In this document: one piece after another, positions 54,381-63,707 of the stretch
How the letters are laid out: each line of letters opens with the position of its first letter
Position numbering within the stretch: the stretch's first letter is position 1
Source: a virus
Lineage: Duplodnaviria; Caudoviricetes
Direction: 5' to 3' (one strand)
Virus record (IMG/VR): IMGVR_UViG_3300021387_000175
Location: 32,001-96,000 of that record
Length of the DNA stretch: 64,000 nt
The notes under the pieces: model-generated
The model's input: only the letters and a program-made list of their open reading frames with translations
Databases searched by the model: none
Told to the model about the DNA's origin: nothing
Made by a program: the position numbers and the translations under genes

Positions 54381-54874
54381 TGGAAACTACTATTTATGTA
54401 CCTTATGAATCCCGTAAGGAAACTGTTTGTGTGTATTTCATAAACGGAGCGTGTATGAGAATCGTTCCTGCCACTTCTACTTTTGTGATAGCAGAATTAT
54501 TGATTAATGGAAAAAGTGTAGCGGTCGAAACGTCCGAACATTTCCATGGACAATGGAAACTGGAATATAACGGTGAAAAATACGTTGCTCATGTTTGGTA
54601 CACAGAAAATGAAGAAGAGGAGGAAGAGATCGTGGAAGAATGGAAGGAAAAGGAAATCATTGTTTCTTACTGGAAGAAGGAAGGTGTGCCGGGATGCAAG
54701 GTAACCCGTACACGTTGCATCTCTAATGTTACAGGAGAACAGAAAGATTTCTTTGAATTGGGAGGGTGGCAACCATTCCCGATCAAAGGCAAATTCGAAT
54801 CAACCTATGGCTATATTGCTAGTTGGCTGATTCGTAACGGCTACAAACAGATAAGGGAGGTGAGATACATTTAA
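54380..54874 (+). CDS. Hypothetical protein
   Basis: 164 aa, coupled to the upstream gene, SD AAGGAGGT. Confidence 0.75.
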   Translation: METTIYVPYESRKETVCVYFINGACMRIVPATSTFVIAELLINGKSVAVETSEHFHGQWKLEYNGEKYVAHVWYTENEEEEEEIVEEWKEKEIIVSYWKKEGVPGCKVTRTRCISNVTGEQKDFFELGGWQPFPIKGKFESTYGYIASWLIRNGYKQIREVRYI

Positions 54875-54978
54875 CAAATCAAATGTCCGCATGTTCTCAA
54901 GGCAACTGAACGTTTGCTCTAAAAAAAGAAACGCTTTTTCCTATTAGCCACGAGAACAGAAACTGTATACAATTTACA

Positions 54979-55053
54979 GGCTCATGTGTAATTGGTACAC
55001 CGTAGTGAAACGGATGACGGAATAGCTATGCAGGTTCGAATCCTGATGAGTCA
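54979..55053 (+). ncRNA. tRNA-like element without a canonical anticodon arm
   Basis: GGCTCAT/ATGAGTC stem, GTGTA-ATTGG-TACAC D-like arm, CAGG-TTCGAAT-CCTG T-arm; candidate -10 TACAAT at 54968-54973. Confidence 0.65.
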
Positions 55054-55087
55054 TTTCTTGAAAAAAGAAATTACAAGGAGGTAACAA

Positions 55088-55234
55088 ATGGTTTATCTGA
55101 CTAAAGAAAGCACTTACGAAATAACCCGGGAAGCGGTACTTGACATGTGGGATCTGATGTGGACTGCTTATGGAACGGAAAAGGAAGAAAAAGAGGAAGA
55201 AAAGGAGGTAACAAATGGCAAAAGAAGCAACTAA
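55088..55234 (+). CDS. 48-aa peptide
   Basis: SD AAGGAGGT; MVYLTKESTYEITREAVLDMWDLMWTAYGTEKEE... Confidence 0.6.
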   Translation: MVYLTKESTYEITREAVLDMWDLMWTAYGTEKEEKEEEKEVTNGKRSN

Positions 55235-55475
55235 CTGGTTTGAGATCTGGTTTCAAGATAAGGAAAGCATGCTTGAAACCATGGTCAGAAACATGACTGC
55301 TGATTTGGATGCAGGTTATAACTATTTCGGTAACTGCATTAAACAGCAGAGGGAAGCAATTGACGAGTACAGAAATCAGTTTAACCGCCAGATGGATGAA
55401 TTCAAACTGATGGATGACGCCAAAGTAAACCGTTGGTGTTATTACGACATGAAAAAGAGAGGAGTTATAGCATGA
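55215..55475 (+). CDS. Hypothetical protein
   Basis: 86 aa, SD AAGGAGGT. Confidence 0.75.
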   Translation: MAKEATNWFEIWFQDKESMLETMVRNMTADLDAGYNYFGNCIKQQREAIDEYRNQFNRQMDEFKLMDDAKVNRWCYYDMKKRGVIA

Positions 55476-55711
55476 CTACAAGAGAACTGAAGCCTGTAGA
55501 TGGAAGAAAAAGCTTTTACAACAAGGCTATTGTTTGCACTGAAGATGATGGAACAGAAACGCTTTTGAGTTATGGAACGCCTGTTATTAAACGGGACAGA
55601 AACGGAAATCTAATTCGTCTGTGGAATGGTTACAGTGTTACTACAATGCGTCATGTTAATGCATTCTGTGGTATCAACAAATCCATCTGGATGAAGATGG
55701 AAGTTAAATAA
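55472..55711 (+). CDS. Conserved small phage protein (RKSFY.KA...SY.T...TT.RH pattern)
   Basis: ATG 55472 after GAGGAG; pattern recalled from Firmicutes phage early genes. Confidence 0.75.
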   Translation: MTTRELKPVDGRKSFYNKAIVCTEDDGTETLLSYGTPVIKRDRNGNLIRLWNGYSVTTMRHVNAFCGINKSIWMKMEVK

Positions 55712-55721
55712 GGAGGCAAAT

Positions 55722-56213
55722 ATGACAGTAAAAGAGAGAAATCGTTGCATGAAAACCGCAAGGGAATGCGGTTATGGAAACGGCGTTATTGACGCTATCT
55801 TCAAGGCAGAAACAGATGCAGAAGTTTACCGTATTCTGGCAACTGCCAGGGAGAAAAAGGCAAAGGAATATGATGTAACGTATCTGAACCTGTATCACTG
55901 GAAACAGGTACGGAAAGCGGTTGCAATGGGTGTTCTGGCGCTCGCAGCTGTCACACTTCCTACTGGTAAAGCGAAAGCAGATATTTACCCGGAGTGCGGA
56001 AAAGTGGTTGAAGTGGTCGACATTACGGAAACTAATCCAATGGATCTGGTGACCGTGGAAACATTCAATGGAAACCAGTTTATGTTTGCTGTTGATCAGG
56101 GAGATTACGAGATTAATGATGTAATCGCCATGATTATGAGTGACCGAAATACGGAAACGGTCACTGATGATGAAGTAATTACCGCAAAGTATTGCGGATG
56201 GATGGAGGAGTGA
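55722..56213 (+). CDS. Predicted membrane-anchored protein
   Basis: Hydrophobic AVAMGVLALAAVTLP, then an acidic beta-rich domain. Confidence 0.7.
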   Translation: MTVKERNRCMKTARECGYGNGVIDAIFKAETDAEVYRILATAREKKAKEYDVTYLNLYHWKQVRKAVAMGVLALAAVTLPTGKAKADIYPECGKVVEVVDITETNPMDLVTVETFNGNQFMFAVDQGDYEINDVIAMIMSDRNTETVTDDEVITAKYCGWMEE

Positions 56214-56214
56214 T

Positions 56215-56430
56215 ATGAATATTGTACCAATCTATCAAGGTAAATGGAACGAGACGTATAAAGAGTCTGTCACAAGGCAGACTCTTTTACGTAGCAGAAA
56301 ATGCTCTGGAAGGAGGGATGGAAACGAGATCCTGTTATATAAGGCAATAGCTAATATTGTAGGAAGTATTGTGTTTGGTACAGGACTGGTATCGGTCTTG
56401 TACGTAATGGTTGTTTATTTAGGTTGCTAA
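56215..56430 (+). CDS. Small membrane protein
   Basis: C-terminal hydrophobic segment; SD GGAGGAG. Confidence 0.65.
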   Translation: MNIVPIYQGKWNETYKESVTRQTLLRSRKCSGRRDGNEILLYKAIANIVGSIVFGTGLVSVLYVMVVYLGC

Positions 56431-56458
56431 TCAAGGAAAACAAAAAGGAGGATTTATT

Positions 56459-57097
56459 ATGACTATTAAAGAAAGAATTGCTACTTTTACATCTGCTTAT
56501 CCTTACACGTCCATGCGTCTTGTCTCCGAAGATAAAGTGGGGATGATCCCTAAAGTAACTACAGATTATCTGGATATGAAGATCGTGTACACGATTAACG
56601 TAACTGACTGCGAAGAAGGGAAAAATCTGCCCCACGGAAACAAGATCGTATATGTAACTCCCATGTTACTTGAACAGTGGGGAATCACAGAGGGAATTCT
56701 CTATAGAGAAATCACGGCAAAAATGGAAAAGGATAATGATTTGCTTCTCATGAATCTTATGGAGATGATGAATAAATTCATGGGATCTCCTGTATCAACA
56801 GATATTAATCCTGACGATCCCATTGTAGTTACCAATTCAGAAGGTGTGTTTGGTGCGGTTAATATTATCCTGCCAGAAGTACAGAAACGGATTTTCCATA
56901 TTCTGGGGAGTGGATATTTCATTCTTCCATCATCTGTACATGAGGTGATTATTCTTAGGGATGATATTATGCATGTACATGATATGCTGTCGATGGTGAG
57001 GGAAATCAATGCAGAGATTGTAGATGAATATGATAAGCTGAGCGATAATATCTATCACTACAATCCTATCACTAATATGATTACTATTTACAATTAA
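56459..57097 (+). CDS. DUF5688-like protein
   Basis: YFILPSSVHEVII...MVREIN...LSDNIYHY motif. Confidence 0.75.
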   Translation: MTIKERIATFTSAYPYTSMRLVSEDKVGMIPKVTTDYLDMKIVYTINVTDCEEGKNLPHGNKIVYVTPMLLEQWGITEGILYREITAKMEKDNDLLLMNLMEMMNKFMGSPVSTDINPDDPIVVTNSEGVFGAVNIILPEVQKRIFHILGSGYFILPSSVHEVIILRDDIMHVHDMLSMVREINAEIVDEYDKLSDNIYHYNPITNMITIYN

Positions 57098-57126
57098 ATA
57101 TATTAAAAGCAAAGGAGAGCAAAATT

Positions 57127-57528
57127 ATGATGAAGTATGCAAAGATTAAAATCGAAAAGGCCCAGGTTAACTCTTGCATGATTTGCGATCTGTACGGGGC
57201 GCTGAGAGAAAAGGCAGACGAAACATTCCAGAAAGCAAAGGAACTGTATCCTGATGCAAATTATAAAGATGTCTGGAATGCCATGGAAGGCCATGGTGTA
57301 AATGGTTACAAGATTAAATATGCACGTCCCAGAAGGGAAAACGAGGATGACTGGAAAGGTGATGTGATTGAGAACAATGTTGGAGAAATCTGTGAAGAGT
57401 GTTTCAACAAACTGGTGAAATGCTATACCAGAATTGATGATGCAGAGGAGATTGCATTCAGTGCGAAGGAAAGTTATAAGAGCGCACCGGGATTCACGCC
57501 AGATGAGTTTGTAATTGAGGGAGATTGA
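57127..57528 (+). CDS. Hypothetical protein
   Basis: 133 aa, SD AAGGAG; terminator gagggag/ctccctc plus U-run follows. Confidence 0.75.
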   Translation: MMKYAKIKIEKAQVNSCMICDLYGALREKADETFQKAKELYPDANYKDVWNAMEGHGVNGYKIKYARPRRENEDDWKGDVIENNVGEICEECFNKLVKCYTRIDDAEEIAFSAKESYKSAPGFTPDEFVIEGD

Positions 57529-57604
57529 TTCTCCCTCTTTTGATCTAAGGAAACCACTTTACACTACAATTGAATAAAAAATAATAAGAAATGAGGTCAT
57601 AATT

Positions 57605-58597
57605 ATGTTAGAGAAACTGAAAAAGAACCTGTTTGTTGTTAACAAAGAGAAAAAGGAAGAAATCGCAACTAAGATTGTTATTAACGAGGGCATCAAGGAA
57701 ATCGATCCTCTGAGAAAACGTCTGTTTGATATTACCGAAGCAAATAAACAGGTGATTGGAACTAAGACAAATGCATACATCCCTATGGAATGCTTGGAAG
57801 TCCCCGATTTTCAAAGGGAAGATACTCTCGATCCTAAAAAGGTACAATGGTTAATTGACCATTGGGATTCTATGATGCAGGAACCGCTGTTAGTATCTGT
57901 GCATAAGGAAACTTGCACTTATATTATCTTAAATGGTCTGCACAGATATCTGGCAATGCTTGCTCTGGGATTCACATCTGTTGAGTGTGTCATCGTAGAT
58001 ATTGAAGAAGACAGGGAAAGAAAAGAAATTGAACTGTTCATTGGACAGCAGGACGGTATTGATCGTATGAAACCGCAAGACAAACACAAAGGTCTGGTAA
58101 AGCTTGGGGATCCAGCAGCTGTCGCACTTGATAATGCTGTGAATAATACTAAGGGAGTAGATTTCAAGCACAATAAGAGTAGAGGGAAAGGGAAAGCCGG
58201 TGAACTGACCAACTACGATAAAGCATATTTTGTAGCTAAAAATGGAATGATTCAGGATGTATTGGATGTTTTAGTTGCAGCAAAATGGAACGAAACGTCT
58301 GGTGGTTTGGGTGGTCGTGCTTTAATGATGGTATATGATGTACTGTCTACATATAATACACCAGAAGTGAAAGCAGAAATTGCAAAAGTTCTGGTAAAAT
58401 ATAAGCCCAACAAGTTCTATGGATATGCTCGTTTTGCTTATCATCTTAGAACAGAAAGCGTTGCATATGATCTGTATCTTGAAGACTGGATCTGTTACAA
58501 ACTGGGAATCAAACGTTTGATTGATGATGATAACAGAATTGTAGATCCTATAAAGATAGAAGAAGAATATAATAGAACTCATAAAAAGACCGCATAA
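57605..58597 (+). CDS. ParB/Srx-like N-terminal domain protein
   Basis: VPDFQRE...EPLLVS...YIILNGLHRYLA motif. Confidence 0.7.
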   Translation: MLEKLKKNLFVVNKEKKEEIATKIVINEGIKEIDPLRKRLFDITEANKQVIGTKTNAYIPMECLEVPDFQREDTLDPKKVQWLIDHWDSMMQEPLLVSVHKETCTYIILNGLHRYLAMLALGFTSVECVIVDIEEDRERKEIELFIGQQDGIDRMKPQDKHKGLVKLGDPAAVALDNAVNNTKGVDFKHNKSRGKGKAGELTNYDKAYFVAKNGMIQDVLDVLVAAKWNETSGGLGGRALMMVYDVLSTYNTPEVKAEIAKVLVKYKPNKFYGYARFAYHLRTESVAYDLYLEDWICYKLGIKRLIDDDNRIVDPIKIEEEYNRTHKKTA

Positions 58598-58772
58598 CTA
58601 AAGAAATTAAAAACTATATACAATCAAGAGAACGTGTGTTATACTGCAAAGCAAACACACGTTCTCTTTTATGGGTGATATACATGATTACTTGTCAAAT
58701 GACAAGTGATGATTTGTGTTACTCATAGGCAAAGCAAACTAGAATGTACAGATTGTACAAACAAATTAAGGA

Positions 58773-59024
58773 GTGAATATTATGAAAAAAGTAGCGAAAT
58801 GTTTTATCAAAAAATTCGGAGTAAATAGTTATGCGGAAGTAAGAAAAATGGCAGATACTTACTGCGTACAGACAATCGAAGATAATGAAATCTTAGCTAT
58901 AGGAAAGGAATTAAAGGGATACGTTGGAGATATTATTACCACAATGTATACAGGCGAGAAATTTGGAACTGGTGATTTCGTACTTATGTCTGATAGACAC
59001 GGTATGATTTGTAAATTTAAATAA
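58773..59024 (+). CDS. Hypothetical protein
   Basis: 83 aa; start may be ATG 58782. Confidence 0.65.
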   Translation: MNIMKKVAKCFIKKFGVNSYAEVRKMADTYCVQTIEDNEILAIGKELKGYVGDIITTMYTGEKFGTGDFVLMSDRHGMICKFK

Positions 59025-59057
59025 ACAAAATAAATTAAACCACAGGAGGTAAACATT

Positions 59058-59438
59058 ATGGCAGCAACTATCACGATTGACAACAAACTGGGACTTACCA
59101 CGAAGGAAAGACTGGCAATGGATCACCATGTATATTATCAGATGATCATCAATTATCTGGGATATGACAAGGTAAAAGAGTGTGTACCGTTCGATCTGGA
59201 AACGCTTATCAAGGCGTATAAGGAAGACGATGCATTCAATAATCTGAAACTGAATACATGGGATTATGCAGGTGGATTCAGTGTATTTCAGACTAGATAC
59301 GAAGAGAAAGTGATTCCTACGCATTCTAGACTGAGAAGTCTGCTGAATGAAAACGGTATTAACTGCTATAGCTGTTCTGAGGGTGTATGCATTCTTAAGG
59401 AATGTGCAAGAATGATGGTTGAGGAGGCTACGAGATGA
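59058..59438 (+). CDS. Hypothetical protein
   Basis: 126 aa, SD AGGAGGT. Confidence 0.75.
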   Translation: MAATITIDNKLGLTTKERLAMDHHVYYQMIINYLGYDKVKECVPFDLETLIKAYKEDDAFNNLKLNTWDYAGGFSVFQTRYEEKVIPTHSRLRSLLNENGINCYSCSEGVCILKECARMMVEEATR

Positions 59439-59674
59439 ATAGAAAAGAAAATATGGAAAAGATTATGGAATATCTGTTGGACCAGATCCTTTTTGAGAAG
59501 CAGATGTTAAGAGATTCCAAACATAAAATGGAAGATGCGATTGAAGACAAAGAAGACGAGGTACATATTAACTTCTACAAAAGGTGTGTAGAAAAAAGAG
59601 AAAATAATCTTACTAATCTGAGAGAGATGCTTCAGTTTATGCAGGAACTGTATTATGAGGAGGAAAGCAAATGA
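59435..59674 (+). CDS. Hypothetical coiled-coil protein
   Basis: 79 aa, ATGA coupling. Confidence 0.7.
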   Translation: MNRKENMEKIMEYLLDQILFEKQMLRDSKHKMEDAIEDKEDEVHINFYKRCVEKRENNLTNLREMLQFMQELYYEEESK

Positions 59675-60141
59675 GAATTACAAAGTATGATACCAGATTG
59701 AACGAAGACAAACTTCCTATGCTTGTCAAAGAAGATTCGTTCAACTACGGAAAGCGAAAGATACAAGTCACTAATCCCAATGATATATACTGGTTCTTTC
59801 AGGATGTGGAGAATGCAGAATATTTAGATAGAGAATTTGTATTTCTCATCTGTATAGATGTGAAATACAAAATTCTGGGGTATTTCAAGGTAAGTGAAGG
59901 GACGATTAATACTTCTCTGGTATCTCCTAGGGAAATATTTATTAAGGCTCTGGCAGTAGGTGCAACAAGTATTATTCTTGTACATAATCATCCTACTGGA
60001 GATCCTACTCCTTCAAATGAGGATATAAATATAACAAAACAAATTAAAAACGCAGGAGAAATTTTGCGGGTGGATTTATTAGATCATATTATTCTGGGCG
60101 AAAGAAAATATTATTCATTCAATGAATGGGGGCTTTTATAA
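59671..60141 (+). CDS. radC: RadC-like JAB domain protein
   Basis: REF...SEGTINTSLVSPREIF...HNHPTGDPTPSNED...LLDHII. Confidence 0.92.
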   Translation: MRITKYDTRLNEDKLPMLVKEDSFNYGKRKIQVTNPNDIYWFFQDVENAEYLDREFVFLICIDVKYKILGYFKVSEGTINTSLVSPREIFIKALAVGATSIILVHNHPTGDPTPSNEDINITKQIKNAGEILRVDLLDHIILGERKYYSFNEWGLL

Positions 60142-60350
60142 TGGCATACGCAGTACCTAAACCGAATGGTAACGGAGATTATTTTACCGTAGAAAAAGCA
60201 AGTGATGGTTATTATCACATTTACAGATTCGATGCAAACGCAAAAGCAAGTTACGAAGCATTGATTGGTGAGTTATGGGACAAGGTAAAGTTCGCTGATT
60301 TTGACAAGGCAGTTCAATTTTTGGAAAAACATCTGGAAGAGGTGCATTGA
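60141..60350 (+). CDS. Hypothetical protein
   Basis: ATG 60141 coupled to the radC stop codon. Confidence 0.65.
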   Translation: MAYAVPKPNGNGDYFTVEKASDGYYHIYRFDANAKASYEALIGELWDKVKFADFDKAVQFLEKHLEEVH

Positions 60351-60557
60351 ATGAAAGACGAAAGGAAGTATGAAATCTGGATGCGAAATTATCCGCAGCC
60401 TGATGTGAACATTAGCGAAGAATGGGAAATTCCACCTTGTAAATCATTGAAAAAAGCAAAGGAATTATGTGAAGAATTAGAAGCAAATTATGCTGATGAA
60501 GGTTGGAAGGGTCACAGATTGTACAAGGCAAAGTTCTATGCAGAGGAGGTTCAGTAA
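60351..60557 (+). CDS. Hypothetical protein
   Basis: 68 aa, SD GAGGTG. Confidence 0.7.
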   Translation: MKDERKYEIWMRNYPQPDVNISEEWEIPPCKSLKKAKELCEELEANYADEGWKGHRLYKAKFYAEEVQ

Positions 60558-61261
60558 TGTACTATAGAGTAAAAAATATTTCAGTAAAAGGAAATAAATT
60601 GTTTGTGACAGCAGCAGCAAATAATGTTCGGCCTATCACATATTCTAAAGAAGAATATGACGCAAAGGAAGAAGATCTTCGAGAGAAGGTAAGATCGTTT
60701 GCAATCAGTGCTTTGGAAGGGAATTTCCAAGCAACTGGAAGATGCAACAAAGAGTCTTTCTGGGAATATGCAGAAACGATTAAGGTTAAGTACCAACTTT
60801 TAGAATCCAATTTTAGTTGTGACAGATGGTATGATTTGAATAGAGAATCGGAACTAGAGGAACTAATTGCAGATCTTGTTCTTGTTCCGCTATTCTTCGA
60901 TGAACCTGTTGACTTTGATGAAGCTAAACGAATCTTGACTAACTTTGATCGGGATTCGAAATTCATGTATGAAGTAATGGAAAAACGATTTAAAGAAGAA
61001 GGAAAGATAATTGTTACATCTGCATGGAGATGTGACATTATTCCCGGTACTGATGTAGTGTATACCAAAGATAACAAATGGTATCTTTGTAAGGCAGACC
61101 ATTATAACAATCATGGAATATTGGATAATGCAGATAATTCTGCGATTGAATTGGATGATAATAATTACGAATTAAGAAGAATCTTACTTGGATACGATAT
61201 AAGTAAGGAAACCCTTGATGAAATCAATAAATTAAAAGAAATGATGGAAGAGCATAAATAA
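60557..61261 (+). CDS. Hypothetical protein
   Basis: ATG 60557 after GAGGAGGT. Confidence 0.75.
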   Translation: MYYRVKNISVKGNKLFVTAAANNVRPITYSKEEYDAKEEDLREKVRSFAISALEGNFQATGRCNKESFWEYAETIKVKYQLLESNFSCDRWYDLNRESELEELIADLVLVPLFFDEPVDFDEAKRILTNFDRDSKFMYEVMEKRFKEEGKIIVTSAWRCDIIPGTDVVYTKDNKWYLCKADHYNNHGILDNADNSAIELDDNNYELRRILLGYDISKETLDEINKLKEMMEEHK

Positions 61262-61278
61262 TTATAGGAGATTTAAAA

Positions 61279-62088
61279 ATGAATGATAATAAATTTCCAA
61301 TCACGTTTGATTACATGGATGAAGAAAAGAAAGTATATTCCACACTTACGGAAGAGGAACTGACACAGATCCGTACATCAAAGAAGCTGACAAAGGCAAA
61401 CATTGAAAGTCTGGCAAAAGACATTAAGTTATGGGCTAGAATGAATAGGGATGTTGGCAGTGATTACTCTCTGCTTTATAACGGGAAACATGAATACAAT
61501 GAGTATAAGTGTGTACAGAAACCGTGTGGAAAGTATGAATGGAAAACAATTCACAGAGTGGAGGAGAACCAGGATCCGCATAAGTGGTCTGAATGGTTCA
61601 GTGAAAATTTTATTCTGGGATTTACCGTGGATGGTAAAATGTACAGAATGCTGAATTATGGTGATCATCATTTAGCAAAAGCGAAATTAGAAGTGCTGTT
61701 GGAAATGTACAATCTGTATCTGGAATGCTGTGAACCCTGCTATTGGGAAGTAGTACCGTTAGAAGATATGGAAGTTGAATACACCGTTTGGAAGAAAGAG
61801 AAAATACTGTGGTTGTATAATGATCATGATGCAAACCAGTATATGATTCCTGAGATCGGAAACATTATGAATATCTGGTATCAGTTATCCGCTGAAGTTG
61901 GTGATAAAGGATCGTGTGTTATTGGTGAGTACATGGAGTTCCGTTACAAGGGAATTAAGTACAGAATGGCAGCACAGAGTCCTTGGCAGGGAAGTTATAG
62001 TTGGGAAGTCAACGTAGAAAAAATAAAATCTATGCTGAGAGAAGTTGGTTGTGAAGACATTCATATGAATTATGGACGATTAGATTAA
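61279..62088 (+). CDS. Hypothetical protein
   Basis: 269 aa, SD AGGAG. Confidence 0.75.
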   Translation: MNDNKFPITFDYMDEEKKVYSTLTEEELTQIRTSKKLTKANIESLAKDIKLWARMNRDVGSDYSLLYNGKHEYNEYKCVQKPCGKYEWKTIHRVEENQDPHKWSEWFSENFILGFTVDGKMYRMLNYGDHHLAKAKLEVLLEMYNLYLECCEPCYWEVVPLEDMEVEYTVWKKEKILWLYNDHDANQYMIPEIGNIMNIWYQLSAEVGDKGSCVIGEYMEFRYKGIKYRMAAQSPWQGSYSWEVNVEKIKSMLREVGCEDIHMNYGRLD

Positions 62089-62111
62089 TTAAAAGAACAG
62101 GAGAAAACATT

Positions 62112-62435
62112 ATGTGGGAAATGTTAAAAAAGAAAGATATTCGAGATTTTGATGGGTTCTGGACAGAATATACATTATATACAAACGGTGAATTGTTCGT
62201 ATGTATATTCGGAGATTCGGATCTTTACACACCAGAAGACAGTGATTGGGATTGGGAGGGAGAAGACGAAGAAGAAGCGGAAGAATGGTTTGATTCTTAT
62301 GATACTTGTTATGATGAGGAAAACGAAAAGGATTCCGTAAATTATGATTGGGATTGGTATGATGACAATGATCCAGACACAGTAAATGGATGGATTCAGC
62401 AGGATGTGATTGATATGTATAGGAGGGAAAGATAG
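62112..62435 (+). CDS. Highly acidic, aromatic-rich protein
   Basis: 107 aa, about one third D/E, many W and Y. Confidence 0.75.
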   Translation: MWEMLKKKDIRDFDGFWTEYTLYTNGELFVCIFGDSDLYTPEDSDWDWEGEDEEEAEEWFDSYDTCYDEENEKDSVNYDWDWYDDNDPDTVNGWIQQDVIDMYRRER

Positions 62436-62441
62436 AGTAAT

Positions 62442-62858
62442 ATGTTAATGAGTGGTGACTTAAGAAGGGATTTTGAAATTCTGTACACGCTTGAAAAAGA
62501 ACATAAAGAGATGGGAAGATCTGATCAAGAAATTGCAATGCGAAGAGTTGTCAAACAGTTAAAGGAAGGAATCCGAAATACTCTTCGTGAGAGAGAAAGA
62601 TATGATAGAGAATATCCCTACAAATGGAAAGCATACAAGGATTATTATGATAGCAGATACTGTAAGATTGTGTATGATGAGGTATTTACCGAAGAGGAAG
62701 TTAAAGAATATATAGAAGAGGAATGGCAGCATTGGTACAATCCATGGGATGATGGAAGGGATTGTACTGGTGTATGGTTTACAAGTGGAATTCATGTATT
62801 CCCTATTCCTGCGATAGGTAAAACAATTGTATATCATATGCAGGATTGTGATGTGTAA
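62442..62858 (+). CDS. Hypothetical protein
   Basis: 138 aa, DCTG.WFT motif. Confidence 0.7.
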   Translation: MLMSGDLRRDFEILYTLEKEHKEMGRSDQEIAMRRVVKQLKEGIRNTLRERERYDREYPYKWKAYKDYYDSRYCKIVYDEVFTEEEVKEYIEEEWQHWYNPWDDGRDCTGVWFTSGIHVFPIPAIGKTIVYHMQDCDV

Positions 62859-62874
62859 AGCGAAAGGAGAAAAA

Positions 62875-63234
62875 ATGGAACTGAATAATTATAGAGATAG
62901 TATTGAATTCATTGGAACGCTTATTGATACCGTAGATACCTACATCTTGAATCATGATACAGATGATGGAGTAACAGAAGAAGGTTACGATCATCTGGCA
63001 GCGGAACTGATTTCAACTCTGGAACAGTGGAATATTAATTTAAATAGCAGTCACAAAAAGGAAATCGCTTATAGATTGTGGCATGAGTTTGGCGATGTTC
63101 CCATGAATCTTGATACAGAATGTATTGAAGAAGAATGGCATGGATTCCCTGTAGGAACACATAGGGAAGATATTTGGGAATGGTTTGAAAATACTCTTGG
63201 TGTAAGTGTTGGTGCTGATTTAATGTACAATTAA
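62875..63234 (+). CDS. Hypothetical protein
   Basis: ATG 62875 after AAAGGAG; 'LW..FGDVP...FPVGTHREDIW.WF' motif. Confidence 0.7.
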   Translation: MELNNYRDSIEFIGTLIDTVDTYILNHDTDDGVTEEGYDHLAAELISTLEQWNINLNSSHKKEIAYRLWHEFGDVPMNLDTECIEEEWHGFPVGTHREDIWEWFENTLGVSVGADLMYN

Positions 63235-63268
63235 AGAAGCAAAAAAATATAGAACAAGGAGGTAGCCT

Positions 63269-63424
63269 ATGTATTACTACTACAGATATATCATCATTGA
63301 TGGAACTGGTGCAGAGATATCCAGGGACTACGCAAAACGAAAGGACGCTGAGTTTGATTTACCGCAGTATGCAAAGTATTTCGGTGGGTGCAAGATCAAG
63401 AAAAGAAGATATTGCTATTACTAA
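63269..63424 (+). CDS. 51-aa Tyr-rich basic peptide
   Basis: SD AAGGAGGT; MYYYYRYIIIDGTGAEISRDYAKRKDAEFDLPQYAKYFGGCKIKKRRYCYY. Confidence 0.6.
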   Translation: MYYYYRYIIIDGTGAEISRDYAKRKDAEFDLPQYAKYFGGCKIKKRRYCYY

Positions 63425-63472
63425 TACAATTGAATAAGCAAAACAAAATAAATTAAAATGGAGGACATAATA

Positions 63473-63658
63473 ATGACGAAGAAGGTAGAATTCACCATGG
63501 AAAAGGCAACTAAGAATACCATTAAGTTCACGGAAGTTCTGGAAAATGAACTGGCAGCACCCATTGTTGGTACTATCTATGTGCCGAAGATGACGCTTGG
63601 TATGATGGGATGGAACAGTGATAAGAAGTTGATCGTTACTTTGGAAGTAGAAAAGTAA
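63473..63658 (+). CDS. Small beta-rich protein
   Basis: ATG 63473 after GGAGG; 'TIYVPK..LG...LIVTLE'. Confidence 0.7.
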   Translation: MTKKVEFTMEKATKNTIKFTEVLENELAAPIVGTIYVPKMTLGMMGWNSDKKLIVTLEVEK

Positions 63659-63707
63659 ATCATTGTCCACATAGATGGACAGTGAATATAGTATAACATG
63701 TATAAAA

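Noticed and set aside
53970-55053. Calling the two 75-76 nt elements functional tRNAs
   Set aside because: No 5-bp stem with 7-nt anticodon loop can be formed at the right position, so no isotype can be assigned.
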